This document shows, piece by piece, positions 38,901 through 51,968 of a stretch of DNA of 64,000 bases. Below the pieces are notes generated by a model. The model worked only from the letters and a program-made list of their open reading frames with translations, was not told the origin of the DNA and searched no databases. The DNA comes from Utricularia gibba (Eukaryota > Plantae > Magnoliophyta): contig NEEC01000014.1 of NCBI GenBank assembly GCA_002189035.1, positions 2,170,001-2,234,000 on the forward strand. The letters run 5' to 3'. How positions within the stretch are numbered: the stretch's first letter is position 1; each line of letters starts with the position of its first letter. The translations under genes and the position numbers were made by a program.

Positions 38901-39779
38901 TGGGCTAAAATGATGGGACCTCCCTGATCGGCAAACAGCTTTTCTCCCTTCACCAGGTCGATCACCATCTCAGCATACTTCTTCATATAATTCTGTCAGC
39001 ATGCAGATTTTCGGTTAGTTGAGCTTAAGCCTCTGTTGCATTCTCTTCTTGTAGTCCATGGATGCTCACCAGAAAAGGTTCATTGTAGGAACGGAAGGTG
39101 ATCCCGGGGACAGTCTTTAACCAATATGGGAACCCTCTGCAGAATACACATTGAAAGTCAGCAGGCCTGCACGATCCCCACCTACCGGAAATGCCAGGTT
39201 TGGATTCAGAATCTTACCCTAGATTCCATTCAGCCTCGATGTAGGGGCCGATCCTCAGCGTCACCCACATCCCATGGTCGCCTATCATTTTGATGAACCT
39301 GATCAAATCGTAATCTCCTGTAAAACTCGTCTGCATCCACAGACATGACGATTTGGCTGGTAAGCTGATGCAGGTAAATAAAGTGGCAAGTTCCGGTGGG
39401 TGTACCTGGCCTTCAACAGGCTCGTGGGCATTCCAAAACACGTAGGTTTGTATGACATTGAGGCCTCCTTCTTTCGCCTTCCGGATGAGATCAGGCCACA
39501 TCTATCAACATGATCTCCCGGTAATGAATCATAATGTGTCCGTCCGTACACCAACCATGAAAGCAGCGGCGAGTTTAAGTAAATATTCCGTACCTCAGGC
39601 GTGCTCCGCGGGTAGTGGATGGAGCCCGAGAAGAGAAGCTCCCGGCTGCCGTTGATGATAACCGATCGTGCGTCGTACGTGACGGCGGCCGACTTGGCGT
39701 CACCGCCTTCCACGGTCGCCGTCCATAAAATGACGGCGGCCAACGCCATCATTCGCGTGAGCCCCATTTCCTTCAACAT
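35927..39779 (-). CDS. BGAL: Beta-galactosidase, GH35 with C-terminal galactose-binding lectin domain (BGAL11/13/14-like); apparent frameshift in the last exon
   Basis: [89 protein letters not shown]; signal peptide. Stop assigned after restoring one base at 36010-36012. Confidence 0.92.
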
Positions 39780-40507
39780 TTCTGCCTGTGCGGCTTGCGA
39801 TGTGTTTGGTGTCGCCGTTGTATATGTGAAGATGGTGCTGCAGCTTTAGAATCGGATCGGATATGTGTCTGTGCCGACGGCCTTCCATTTCGGTACCGTT
39901 TTTTCATCCGCTCTCTATATTTATACACTTTCTTAAAAAAGGAATTAGACTTCTTTGCTCCCATTTTGTCGGGCCGACATCTCAGCTCAATACCAAAAGC
40001 CCAACCCAATAAACAACCTTAGAAATAAGTTCTTAAGGTTAATATTCGTAAATAAAAAATGATTTCTACTATAAGTAATTTACAAATGAAAATTCTAAAA
40101 TCGTATACAAGCGATCGGAATCGTTAATATTAGGTAAAAAATTGAGGAAAATAATTTCAAAAAGAAAGGGGTTTGACATTTATAAAAGTGATTATTTTGA
40201 CTTTATTTCACATTAAAATAAAAATTTATTATTTAAAACGATTAAAATTCTCACATTATTATTATTATTATTAATATAACATGGTCTATTTTCTTACTTT
40301 TTTTTAAAGAATTACTCGTCAATCATACTTTATGTTGATATTATTTTTATTTATGGATTTGGGAATCTTGATGAGTAGGACACGTCATAGGCCATAGGCC
40401 TTGGCCTAAACTAATCTATTTTCCGCTCGTGGCACGCCCGTTTTGACTTTAGGGGGGACGGACTACTGTGACTAAAGCGATGGCATTATCGTCTTTTCTG
40501 TATATAA

Positions 40508-40604
40508 CGCCGTTAGCGGTAGCGTTACGTCAACCGTCTACCCGCTCTTTTTGTTCGGCCGTTTTCTGACGTGGCGACCGTCTCCGATTTGAATTAACGG
40601 CTAC
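40508..40604 (+). promoter_or_regulatory. Cluster of AACGG (MSA-like) cores, a TTTGAAT motif and ACGT boxes in the divergent BGAL/kinase intergenic region
   Basis: CTAACGGC (minus, 40510-40516), AAACGGCC (minus), TTAACGGCTA (40594-40603), TGACGTGG; motif match only. Confidence 0.35.
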
Positions 40605-41094
40605 GAATTCGTGTACCCCCTTCTTCTGCATACTTCTCTCTTTGGTCGTTTCATTTTTTCGAGTGCTTTGTTCTTTTGTTTAGTCAAATGTGGAACAATC
40701 ATGCCTTTTCGCTTTAATATATTTTTCTGAAGTCGACGGGAGGCGTGATCATGATCATTTTGATTGATGGGAATCGATATGATGTGATGATGGTGAACGA
40801 TTTTGATTGGTATTCGAGTGGAATTCAATTCGAAAAGCGATTTGGCTAAGCGCCTCCTTTGCCGTTTGTCCGTCCCTTTTCCTTTTGTCATTCTGAAAGA
40901 AGAATTTCACTCTGCATTTTGAACTGGGTGTGTTTGGAATCCTGGGGTTGATTTTCCCGAATTGGAAGCTGTGCGAGTTTATTTTGGACTATCCTTGGCA
41001 TTTTACATCCAAGGGAGAAAATGGGTATCCAAGATTTGTAGAGAACTTTGAAGTCTTCGGTTACCCATAATTCTGTTTGTTTGCTGGGGGTGGA

Positions 41095-43852
41095 ATGACG
41101 GTAGAAAAGGTAGGTCTGGGAAGGAAGAAAGTGATTGTGGGAGTACAATTGGATTTTCATGCTAAGGAGTTACTTGATTGGGCGCTGGTGAAAGTTGCCG
41201 ATCCTGGAGACACCGTAGTTGCTGTTCACGTATGCAAAAGTCCTGGTAACTTTAGCATGGTTGTAATGATTTCTTTTGAATGTTCTTGCGTTGTTGTTAT
41301 GGAAGATTTTATGATTCATGGAATACTGGGTCGCAGTTAGGATCACAAAAGATAAAACAGTGTTAGATGGCTATTTGAGAGACTATGAAGGACTATGCAG
41401 CAAAAACCAGGTTTCTTCTTGTAGTTATTGAACTTTGGTCATCACCTTGGTTCACATACATAATTCGATCCATGAATCTTTTCTGTTCATCGGTTGTGTA
41501 GGTTGCTCTTAGTGCTCACGTTCTGGGAGGACTTTCGAGAAGAAAAGTTCTTGTTAGGGAAGCCAAGAACCACAGGGCATCAGTTCTTATACTGGGAATA
41601 TGCAAGCACAGTGCCCTGAGGTAAGCAAGAAAGTGCATACATGCCTCAGCTTCATTGCTTTTTATTGTAAAATATTTGAATCAGCATGAAAGGTTTGGTG
41701 TGTTAATTGAATGAATAGTTTCAGGGGGTGCACTTCTGTTGCAAAGTATTGTTCAAAGATCCTGTCACCAAATGTCGAAGTTATGGCCATTGACAATGGG
41801 AAAGTTCTCTTTCACAGCAGGGGCTCTAATTTACCAGTTCAAGGTTAGATCCACTCTCTGAGTCAAGCATAGCTTACTGTTTCTCAATGGGGATCCCGTT
41901 GATGACCACAGGTCTTCTCTCTGATCCCAAGCCAAGCTTTTACATAAAACCGAACCTGGGGGAGAAATGCCGTCATCCAGAAAATACCGAATCAGATGTA
42001 TCAGAAGTCAGTAAGTTGAGTTCTGATACAAGAGACTCGAAGGTGAGCTCAAAGGAAGATGATCCTAGCCCCATCATGAGGCAACAAAAGGGTTCTCTTC
42101 GTTCGGCTGCTCTTCCTGTGGACGAGTTTATCAAACAGAGGCCTGGTTGGCCTCTCCGGATGATCAGTTCAACGAACCAACAAGCAGCAGATGCACGAAA
42201 AATGTCGGTTGTGCGATGGGTGATGAACTTGCCCTGTAGAACATCGCCCGACATATCTGGATCCAGCTCCCCCTTGAGTATAGGGGGTTCCGTGGAAGAT
42301 GGAAACGGGGATGCAGCGTCGCTGCTGAAAGAGATGGAAGATACACTCGCAAGAAATCCAGTGAGGCGCAGATTTTTCAACTACGATGTCCTTAGGGTCT
42401 CCACATGTGACTTCTCTTCAGGTAATGGTTTGAAACAGTTTTCTCGACAATGTATTACATCTCTGTATCAAAGTTCTCGAATTGCAACAGGAAATCTTAT
42501 TGGCAAAGGAGGGTCCAATTCTGTGTACAAGGGAACTCTCCCTGACGGCAAGGAAGTTGCAGTGAAGGCCTTGGCATCATCTAAAGGAGCCTGGAAGGAT
42601 TTCCTCAGGGAGTTTGACATAATGACCACGTTGGACCACGAAAGAATTTCACCACTAATCGGAGTATGTGCAGAAGGAGACAACCTCATCTCCGTTTATG
42701 ACTTCATGAAAAGAGGAAGCCTAGAAGATAATCTACATGGTACTTACCAACTGCCAAATACTGCTGCACCCTTCATAGTTTCTCTGTATTGATCTGATAT
42801 CTAGTACTGGAAAAATCAGGTAACAGAAAGGGCACCAATGTACTGCCATGGGAATCAAGATTTGAAGTAGCACTTGGGATTGCTGAAGCTCTCACCTATT
42901 TACACAGCAAATGCCCCCGCCCTGTTATTCACCGGGATGTCAAGTCTTCAAACATTATGCTGACTGATGAACTACAGCCTCAGGTGACTAACTACTCATC
43001 AAGCTAAGTTTACATCTCTCCTGTTGCTTAGGAGCATGCACTCATTTTGTGGGTCTTCTCTCTAAAGTTATGTGACTTCGGATTGGCAACATGGCGACCC
43101 ACGACGGGGCATTTCTTGTTAGATAGAGATGCTGTTGGCACATTCGGTTATCTGGCCCCTGAATATTTTCTATATGGTAGAGTCAGTGACAAGATCGATG
43201 TTTATGCTTTTGGTGTCGTACTTCTGGAGCTGCTTTCAGGGAGAAAACCTATTGACCACGAGAGAGAGAGCTTGGCCATTTGGGTAAGAACATGAATAGG
43301 TATTTCAATAAATCCTTGTTTCTTCCAGGGAGTGAGGAATTACCCGCCCTGAACTGTTTGCAGGCGAAGCCGAGGCTCGAAGCCGGAGAGTACAGCAGTT
43401 TATTAGATCCGAATCTTGAGAGAGAGAATGTAGATGAAGTTCAAATGCACAGAATGGCCGTTGCTGCATCACTGTGCCTCACCCAAGCTGCAAGGCTTCG
43501 TCCGAGCATGCAACAGGTGGTTTCAAAAACAGTGACCATGGCTGCTTCTGAACATACTCTCAGTCTGCTCTGGTTATGGTTTCCTTCATTTCAGGTACTG
43601 AGTGTACTGAAAGGAGAGGAATGGGAAGAATCTCCAACACGAAGAGCAAATGATGGGGGTTTTGTAGATGAAGGAGATGTGAGTGAATTTGATGATGAAG
43701 TTTACCCAGAATCATGCGCCGAATCGCATCTCGGCCTTGCCTTGCTCGATGTGAACGATGACTTCGCGTCGTTCAGCAGTGTGGATCACTGTAGCCCCCT
43801 CTTCCAGAGTAAGACTACTTGCTCAAGAAGAGACGATGGCGGTGATTTGTAA
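41095..43852 (+). CDS. Receptor-like cytoplasmic Ser/Thr kinase with N-terminal USP (adenine nucleotide alpha hydrolase-like) domain
   Basis: ELLDWALVKVADPGDTVVAVHV; GKGGSNSVYKG, VAVK, HRDVKSSN, DFGLA, GTFGYLAPEY; canonical GT-AG introns. Confidence 0.92.
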
Positions 43853-44619
43853 ATTTACTCATTTTATTAATAATAAAAAATTTTGATTCTTGAATGGTTA
43901 ATGAGTTTAATTAGTATTTAAACCTTGTTTAGAGAATCTTAATTATTGTAGATGGGCCGGGCCCATGTGTGTATCTAGAGACGGCCCAAAATATGGTGAC
44001 TAAGCAACCCAATATGATAGCTGGGTTTGGGCGCACTGCGAGGAAATATCCTGAAAAAGGAGGCCACGTGGCAGACGACGACATGGAAGTGGGGGAAGGG
44101 TATTTAAGGAATTGTTGTGCCGTAATCCGTGTTTTATGCGGAGACTCAGAGTCGTAAATCACCCCGTAGTTTGTGGTTGAAGATGAGGTTTTATATGGAT
44201 CGTCGTGAGAAGGATAACGAAGGCAGGAGTCTTTAGTCCTTACGAATTGCGTTAATCAGCAGGGGGATTTTTTCCTTCCGTCAATTGACTGGCTTCATCT
44301 GAGTGCTAGTGAGTAACCGCTTTTGTAGGGTTCGTTTCTATTTTTCAGAGAAACCATCTTGATTACCTGCTTCCAGATGCGTAATATCTTTGTGGGTTTT
44401 GAATTGTTCGAAGACTCTATCGTGCATTTTGTGTTCATAAATTATGGTTTTTCTGCGTTGTATTGCGTTTGTGTTCAACTCGTGTTTTTTTTTTGTCTTG
44501 CTATGTGCCTTTTTTTCCTTTTCTGGTTAATTTGCGTTTTGATGGTAATATCATTGCGATTACTTTTGGGTATGCATTCTGAAATAATTAATTGGCTTAC
44601 CTTTGGGCTTCTTGTAGAA

Positions 44620-45591
44620 ATGGACGATGGGGAACTTGATCCCCAAATGATCAAATGTTATCCTGCTTGGATGTAGCTAGTGCTCCGAGCACTTGTTCTT
44701 TTGACATAGATGAGTTTCTAGATAGGACCCAAGTTTGCAATGATGCTCTTGGTCGAACAGAGGCTTACACTGATGTTCTTGGTCGAACGCAAGCTTGTAC
44801 CCATGCTCATGCTTGCAATCCGTCTGGACCAGATAAATCGCACACTCATACTTGTATTCATGTGCACACCCAAATTATGCCCTCTCATGATGAAACCCAA
44901 GCCCCTAGCGATGAAACTGCGGAGTCACTGGAGAAAAAGTCGAAGAAAAAGCCTTTAGGTAACCGTGAAGCTGTACGCAAGTACAGAGAAAAGAAGAAAG
45001 CTAGAACGGCATCTTTGGAGGATGAAGTTGTGAAATTGAGAGCTATAAACCAGCAGCTTATGAAGAGACTGCAAAGCCAAGCTCTGTTAGAGGCTGAGGT
45101 TGCTCGGCTTAAGTGCTTGCTTGTTGATATTAGAGGGAGAATTGAGGGTGAAATTGGTTCTTTTCCATACCAGAACCAAAGCAAGGGTGTAGATTTATAT
45201 CAAAACATTGCCGATCCTACTATTCCAGGCACATACATGATGAATCCCTGTAACATGCAAAGTAACGATCCTCTTTATTGCCTCAGGCAGGGATCGGAGA
45301 CAGGAGCATTAGATGATCAGAGACCAGGGGAATGTGGTTTTGATAATGTTCAGTGTTCTGGTAGTCAGAGTTCCAGTCTTAAGGGACTCCTGGACTGTCC
45401 ATCTGCCAATGTTAGCCCTGCTACCAGGAGGAGAGGTGACCTCTCTCTCTTGCTTTTTTAATTAACCTTCCGCTTTTTGCTGGTAGCCGATAAGGGTTTT
45501 CGTTGTTTGTTGAACTTCTGTTTGATTGCTACCCTCTTTCTTATTTCTCCTCTTGTGTCAACCAGGACCTTGCAAATCAATGGCACTTTAA
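44620..45591 (+). CDS. bZIP19: F-group bZIP zinc-deficiency regulator (bZIP19/bZIP23-like); apparent frameshift in codon 8
   Basis: MDDGELD start, Cys/His motif ACTHAHACNPSGPDKSHTHTCIHVHT, GNREAVRKYREKKKARTASLEDEV, RGRIEGEIGSFPYQ; last short exon 45566-45591 inferred. Confidence 0.88.
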
Positions 45592-47079
45592 AAGTTCTAG
45601 TTAGCTGGAAACAAGTAATTAAATGAAGGTTTGCTCATCCCTGAATTGTTGCTTCTCTTCTCCTGGGCTTTGTTGATTTTACACAACGTGATGTGAACAG
45701 AATAAGACAAAACAATAGGCCCAGTCCATGCTTAGCAGTCCCTAGGAAGAGTTTCTCAAGTTTTCTTTCTTTCTTTTTGAAGTTGGGAAGGTGATCATGC
45801 ATGGGGTTTCCCAGGTTTCTATGTGTAATTCCAAGCATGTGATCTAGGAGTTGGTACACTGGGGTGTACGCATGTGTAATCGGTATACACACAAGCCGAT
45901 TTGTATTGTTTCAAATCATAATGATTAATCAATTGTTGTTGGTTCAATTCAGTTAAACAGTTTGGTGGTTCTATTTCCCACTCTTGGATCCGACATGGGA
46001 TTCAACCACTTTGTATGATGGATGCATGTGCATTGAGATTCCATTTCCAGGCACATGGGATGCCCTGTGAGCCCGGGCACATCCACCCGTGCATCATCAT
46101 CTTCAGACCTAACCCCTGTTTTCTTTTCCACTTTGGTTTGTTTATTTACGGATACTTTTGTTGGATGCTTTTCGTTTCCCACAGGATGAGAGGATGCCTC
46201 CAGACGGTCACTGGGTGCTGTGTATATTACGCACTATGAACGGAACTTGTGCGGACCGCGGGGGTGAGTGGTGTGCCCGCATGGGGACCTCGAGAAATGG
46301 TGGATTAGTGATTGAGAATAATAGGATGGGGAAAAGGGGGCCTTGAGGCGAAGAATGAGTTATTGCTTCAGGTTGTGGACAGTCACCCAACTGGGTGGAA
46401 AGAACGGTTCATTTAAGATTTGAGAGAAAAGAGTCCCCTGGACCATCCCTCTCAGCCTCAGGCACAGAGGGAGGGAAAGAAGGAAGAGTGTGGTCACTCT
46501 GCTACTAAAAATAATCCCCCAATTATCCTATCGGCTTTGACTGCAACCTGCAACTGCAACCCATTCATTTCCTCTTCTCTACTTTCTTGTTCTCTGTTCA
46601 TTATTCCAACCGCCCGCTACTCTTCATTCCTCTTCCTCTCTGTGTAATTTGAGTGGTGTTTAGTACAATGTAGCTCCGAGTTCCCTTGGGTCATTTGGCT
46701 ACGCGAGACAGAAAGAGAAGAAAGGCAGTGGCGGTGGTGAAGGAACAGGGTTAACCTTGGATGGGCATTGAGTGGCGTGTGGCTAGATGATATCCTGTCA
46801 CCATGAACTGGTTTGCCTCCCGCTCACCCAGTCCCCACGCCCCCAGTCTCGGTCTGCAAGTAAGTTTTATTATTCCATCCATGGTGAAGCCCCATCCACG
46901 AGGACCACTGGCTTCAAAGTGCAGCGTGGTAGCTAGTAGCTAGTAGCTAGCTAGTTGGGGGGCGAGGGATCCCGATCCCCAACATTGCACAAGAATCTGC
47001 GCCCTGTCTCCCCAGGCATAACGCCAAAAGGGAATCATTGACCACCACCATGTTTCTTTTTTCACCGTTGCTCCCTTTT

Positions 47080-47099
47080 AGAGAGAGAGAGAGAGAGAG
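47080..47099. repeat. (AG)10 microsatellite
   Basis: Direct reading. Confidence 0.9.
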
Positions 47100-47716
47100 G
47101 AGAGGGAATCGGAATCGGCAAGGGGGGAATGTCGATGGAGGGTTCAGCTCAGCAGCACAGCCATTGGCATTACTCTCCTGGTCCAAACCCGAGGCGCCTT
47201 TCAACCCGGTAACTCTCCTCTCAGGTTTCTTTCAACTTTTCGGGATCATGACTACTGCAACGGGCACCACAACCCTGTCCGCCCACCCCCTTTCCTTTTA
47301 AGGAAATAATTTTGAAAAAAACGACAACTGAAATAAAGAATTATTTTTCCTCATTTTAGTACCCTGAGTTCACCGGCTAATTCAAGTTAAACGTGCTTAA
47401 GAATGGATTAAAAAGCGAAATATGAAAGGGCCCACCTACGAATTAATTGAATTTCCTCATTTCTTTCATTTTTTTTGGGCACGAGGGCGGCCCCAGTTGG
47501 GTTGAATGATTTCACGAGAATTCCCCATGTCACGTGACCCCACCCACCCCCTGGAAAACAATTTCTCATGCTCCTTCCTTCATTCACCCACGCTGGCTTT
47601 TGTTATTTCCCACTGCGCCCCTTTTTCAATGTGCTTCAGTCTCCCTATTTAGCCTGCCCCCATGCGTCTCCTCTCTCGTCAAACTCCCCGGAACTAACAG
47701 GATTGATTGAGTTTTC

Positions 47717-48508
47717 ATGGCGGTGCAGGCGCAGACGGTGTACTCATCGGCTCTTGTTTCCCAGGATTTGGTCGGTCAGGGGAACAGCGATTACGGTAAT
47801 CTGACCCATCTCCAGTACGTGGGTACTGAGTATTTCTCCCAGAACGCCGTTTCTGCTTATTTCCAAAATCAAAGAACGGGGATGGAGTTCTTGCTCAACG
47901 CCCAGGTAGGATCAGTGGATGTGATCAGTCAGTCCCCTGATTATTGTTGTTATTTTGTTTTGCTTCTCCGGTTTCTTGAACGTGGATGTCGTCGGTTTTC
48001 AGAGCGAGAAGCTGAGCCGGGCTCTACAGGAGCAGCGGTGGCTGCAAATACACTCCCTATTGCAGAAACACGAACCCAGGATCCGTTTCCTGATCAAGGC
48101 GAAAGAGGATGAGATCGCGAGAGCGTGGAGGAGACGGATGGAATTGGAGGAAATCGCGACAAGGGTCGAAATGGAGAAAGAGAGTTGGCAGAAAATCGCC
48201 AAGGAAAAGGAAGCGGCGATAGTGTGTCTAATGGCGGAGCAGATGAAGCTGGAAGGCGGAGGCATGGGCAGCGGCGACACCGAGTCGCGGTGCTCCTCCG
48301 CTTCTCCCTCCCGCAGGCGGATCTGAATTCGGAAGGGATACAGAAAACGAGGAGGTGCAGGATTTGCCAGTGTCGGGAATCGTGCGTCATTATGCTTCCG
48401 TGCAGGCATCTTTGTTGCTGCGCTCAGTGCGACCCTTTCCTCCAGTTTTGTCCCGTGTGTAAGCTGTCGAAGAGAGCAAGTTTCGAGGCCTTCCTCCCCT
48501 CCCACTAA
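47717..48508 (+). CDS. BOI-related / S-ribonuclease-binding (SBP) RING E3 ubiquitin ligase, 2 exons; apparent frameshift before the RING
   Basis: MAVQAQ start; coiled coil KAKEDEIARA...WQKIAKEKEA; DTESRC; RING CRICQCRESCVIMLPCRHLCCCAQCD..CPVC; intron 47906-48002. Confidence 0.88.
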
Positions 48509-49351
48509 ACATCATCTATCTCATCTCATCTCCGGCCCTGTATGTTAGAGGCGCGTAGAGCAGCCCACCCACTCCTCCTCCTCCGGCGTATCTTACTTGA
48601 CTTTCCGGCGCTTGCTTGCGGGAGATGATGCCTACTGCCTACTGCCTATTGCATAGTGACTACCGAGTAGCGTTACCAAGCAAGAAATACCCCCAATCAA
48701 TCCAATACTCCTCCTCAGCCTGCGCCTGCCTACCAACGAAAAGCACCAACACTACTCCCTCCTCCTCCACCGCGCTCATTATTTTCTTTAATTATATTTA
48801 TCAGGAGATATTAGATAAAATAAAAATTATTTCTAAATTTCCAAAAAAGCTTGCATTTGGCACTCGAAGAGAGAGTGCCAACGAACCGCTTTCCCTTAAT
48901 TCATATTGACTCAATAATGCGCACATCACTGGCATGGCATGATGGCATTATTGTTTTCCCTTATTAATTTTTTTGTCCCGGATATTAAAAAAAAAGGACA
49001 AGACAAAGATGGGAGGCAGAGTCACTGGCTGGAACTGAAAGGAAAGGAAAGGAAAGTGTCGAGCCCTGTCTTTTCGAGGAAAAAGGATCCTCCCCGCCCC
49101 TCCCACGTCAGGTCCCTCTTTTTGCTCATCATAACCACCCGCCTTGTCATATCATGTCATGTATGCATCCAAGTAATTATGTCCATCAAATAATCATTCA
49201 AAAAAATTAACTGGTTGGACGGGCCCCGTGCAAGGCCCAATTTGGTGCTTATGGCCCAAGACTGTGATTGGTCCAGGTCGGACGCTGCGCTGCTGGGAAC
49301 TGCTTTGCTATTCGCTGGGGCGGGCTCTAGCCTCCAACATTGCGGGACGTG

Positions 49352-51968
49352 ATGGCGGAGATTGAGCCGCTGCTGGAGGTGGGTCCCACCCTTCACGAGG
49401 AAGACGCGGGGGAGTTCGTAGAGCTGCCGGCCTCCGCCACGATAACCGTTGTGGAGAAAGAGAAGGCTGCTCGTGTCGCTTCGCTCGATGTTTTCCGAGG
49501 CCTCTCTGTTCTCGTAACGCCCTTTGGACTATTGATTTGGGGTTTTTTTTTTCTGTTGCGATGACTTCATTCGTGGGAGTTTTTTTTTCAGCTGATGATC
49601 ATCGTTGATTATGCCGGTGCTCTGTGCCCCTCGATTTCTCATGCTCCTTGGAATGGTGTGCATTTGGCCGATTTAGTGATGCCGTTTTTTCTTTTCATTG
49701 TCGGAGTGTCTGTTGCTCTAGTTTACAAGGTGAATATTCCCGTTGTTGTTGCCGTTCTGCTTTTCTAGTTGAATGCATCAAAATTCTCTTTTTCGGTTTA
49801 CATGAATCGCAGAGGGTTTCGAATAAGACTGAAGCTACATTGAAGGCTCTACATAGAGCACTGAAGCTATTCCTCCTCGGCATTTTTCTTCAAGGTAAAA
49901 CAGCTTTCTTAATCATGTCCTATGGCAATAAAATGCTGGAATTACTAAATGGATCCCTTCAGTGTAATATTACCAGTAAATGTGGATACACAGGCATGTA
50001 TTTGTAATTGGAGCTCTAGTTATTCTCAGGAGGATATTTTCATGGTGTCAATACCTTGACATATGGAGTGGCCGTCGAGAATATACGCTTCCTAGGCATC
50101 TTACAGGTTTGTTTCTACTAAAGAGAAACGGATAATTTTTTTCCTAAACATATTAAATTAGCTGGGTCACCTTGTGAAAATTTTTTTGTGTAGCAGCACC
50201 GAGCGCGAAACATGTTCTACATTTTCTTTTCTTATAACTGGAAATTTTGTCTGTAGCGTAGAGAATAGCAATCGGATATGTGGTGGCTGGATTATGTGAA
50301 ATATGGCTTCCTCATAAGAGTTGGAGTGGCAATGTTTTATCCACAAAGTATATTTGGCATTGGTGAGTTAATACGTCATATCTTGGTTGCACCTGACCAT
50401 CGCAAGTTTCGTTCTTTTTAAGTCGAATTTTGACATATGCCTTTGTTGTGCTGACATTATAGGTGCACGATGCTATTGCTATGTGGTGCATATTTGGGGC
50501 TTCTGTATGGAATGTATGTTCCAAGTTGGCAGTTCAATAAATTGCTGCCAGAATCCTCTTCATTGATTTCCAATGACAGCTTTTCATATATAGTAAGCAG
50601 AAAAGAGAGGCCAAATAATATATCTGTCTTTTTTTTTTTTTTTTTTTTGTTATGCATCTCCATTCTGAACTTTTAGCACAGTTTTCTCAATATTTCCTTA
50701 ATCGAAGGTCAAGTGCTCAGTAAGAGGTGACCTTGGTCCTGCATGCAATTCTGCTGGTATGATTGATCGTTACTTTTTAGGAATTAATCACCTTCATTCG
50801 AGGCCTGTGTATCGGGCGCTAAAGGTATCTTTTTTTCAGAGCATTCAGCTTTGGTGTTTGGATTACACAAAAAACTAACATCATGCATTTAGGAATGCAA
50901 CATGTCACGCCAAGGCCAGTTTCCGGAAACTGCTCCTTCGTGGTGTCATGCTCCTTTTGATCCTGAAGGCATTTTAAGGTAACAAAACGAGATAGCCTTT
51001 TTTCTTTGTTTTTGGCGGATGATTTAGAAATCATCTGTAGGAAAAGTAAAGAGCGATTTGTCGCACCCTGTATCACATCGAATTGTTTTTTCTGTGGCCT
51101 CCTTTCTTACTTTGGTCTTCATTGACGTCAAATTTTGATTTCAGTTCACTTTCTGCTTCTGTTACTTGCATCATCGGACTCCAGTTCGGTCACACGCTTA
51201 CGCAAGTACAGGTATGGCGCCATCCTTCTATTACTATTATCGTCTCCGATTTTCACTTCACAAGGAGTATTTTCAAATTGTGTTACTCTTTTTTTTTTTA
51301 TGAAATTCATTGCAAATTTTAGAAATAGACAATCTTTGTTTTTCAGAACCACAAAGAAAGGCTGCGGAATTGGTCTACTCTTTCAATCTCAGCCATGGCC
51401 CTCGGCCTAGTACTGACCATTTTAGGTACTGAACTCCTATTCTACTTCAACAACGTTGTTTAAACTGGGTTCCCCTTGTGTAACTAATTTTACTTCTGAC
51501 CCACACTCCTGGTTGGTGTTCAGGAATGCCGCTGAACAAATCTTTATACACAACCAGTTATCTGTTGGTCACTTCAGCTTCCGCTGGAATCACTTTTTGC
51601 CTACTTTACTTGCTGGCAAGCCTCATCTTCAGTCATATCATGCTCATTAACTGCTTTCCATAGCTTTTTAAAGTTGATGGGAAGTCCGCTATGATCAGGT
51701 TGACGTGTGTGGTTGGAAATGGCTGACTTGTGTGCTGGAATGGATGGGCAAGCATTCCCTCGGCATCTTTATCCTCATAGCCTCGGATATGATAATCATA
51801 TTTGCGCAAGGGTTCTATCTCGAAACTCCTGACAATAACATTGTAAGTGGTGTCACATTTTATTTATTTTTTTATCAATCTCTTCTGAGAAGCCATGCCA
51901 AATGGGCTAATCATTCATGTCTTCCCAAATAGGTGCAATGGTTCCGAAAATTGTTTGTGCACACGTGA
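49352..51968 (+). CDS. HGSNAT: Heparan-alpha-glucosaminide N-acetyltransferase-like membrane protein, 13 exons
   Basis: RVASLDVFRGL, PWNGVHLADLVMPFFLFIVG, GILQRIA, GPACNSAGMIDR, PFDPEGILSS, MPLNKSLYT, WMGKHSL; all exons join in frame, one GC-AG intron at 51616. Confidence 0.92.

Noticed and set aside
40601-40891. 96-aa basic minus-strand ORF
   Set aside because: Lys/Arg richness is explained by the T/C-rich plus-strand leader of the kinase gene.
8200-48312. Programmed ribosomal frameshifting as the explanation for the four broken genes
   Set aside because: No shared slippery heptamer or downstream structure; unrelated genes; homopolymer consensus error is far more parsimonious.
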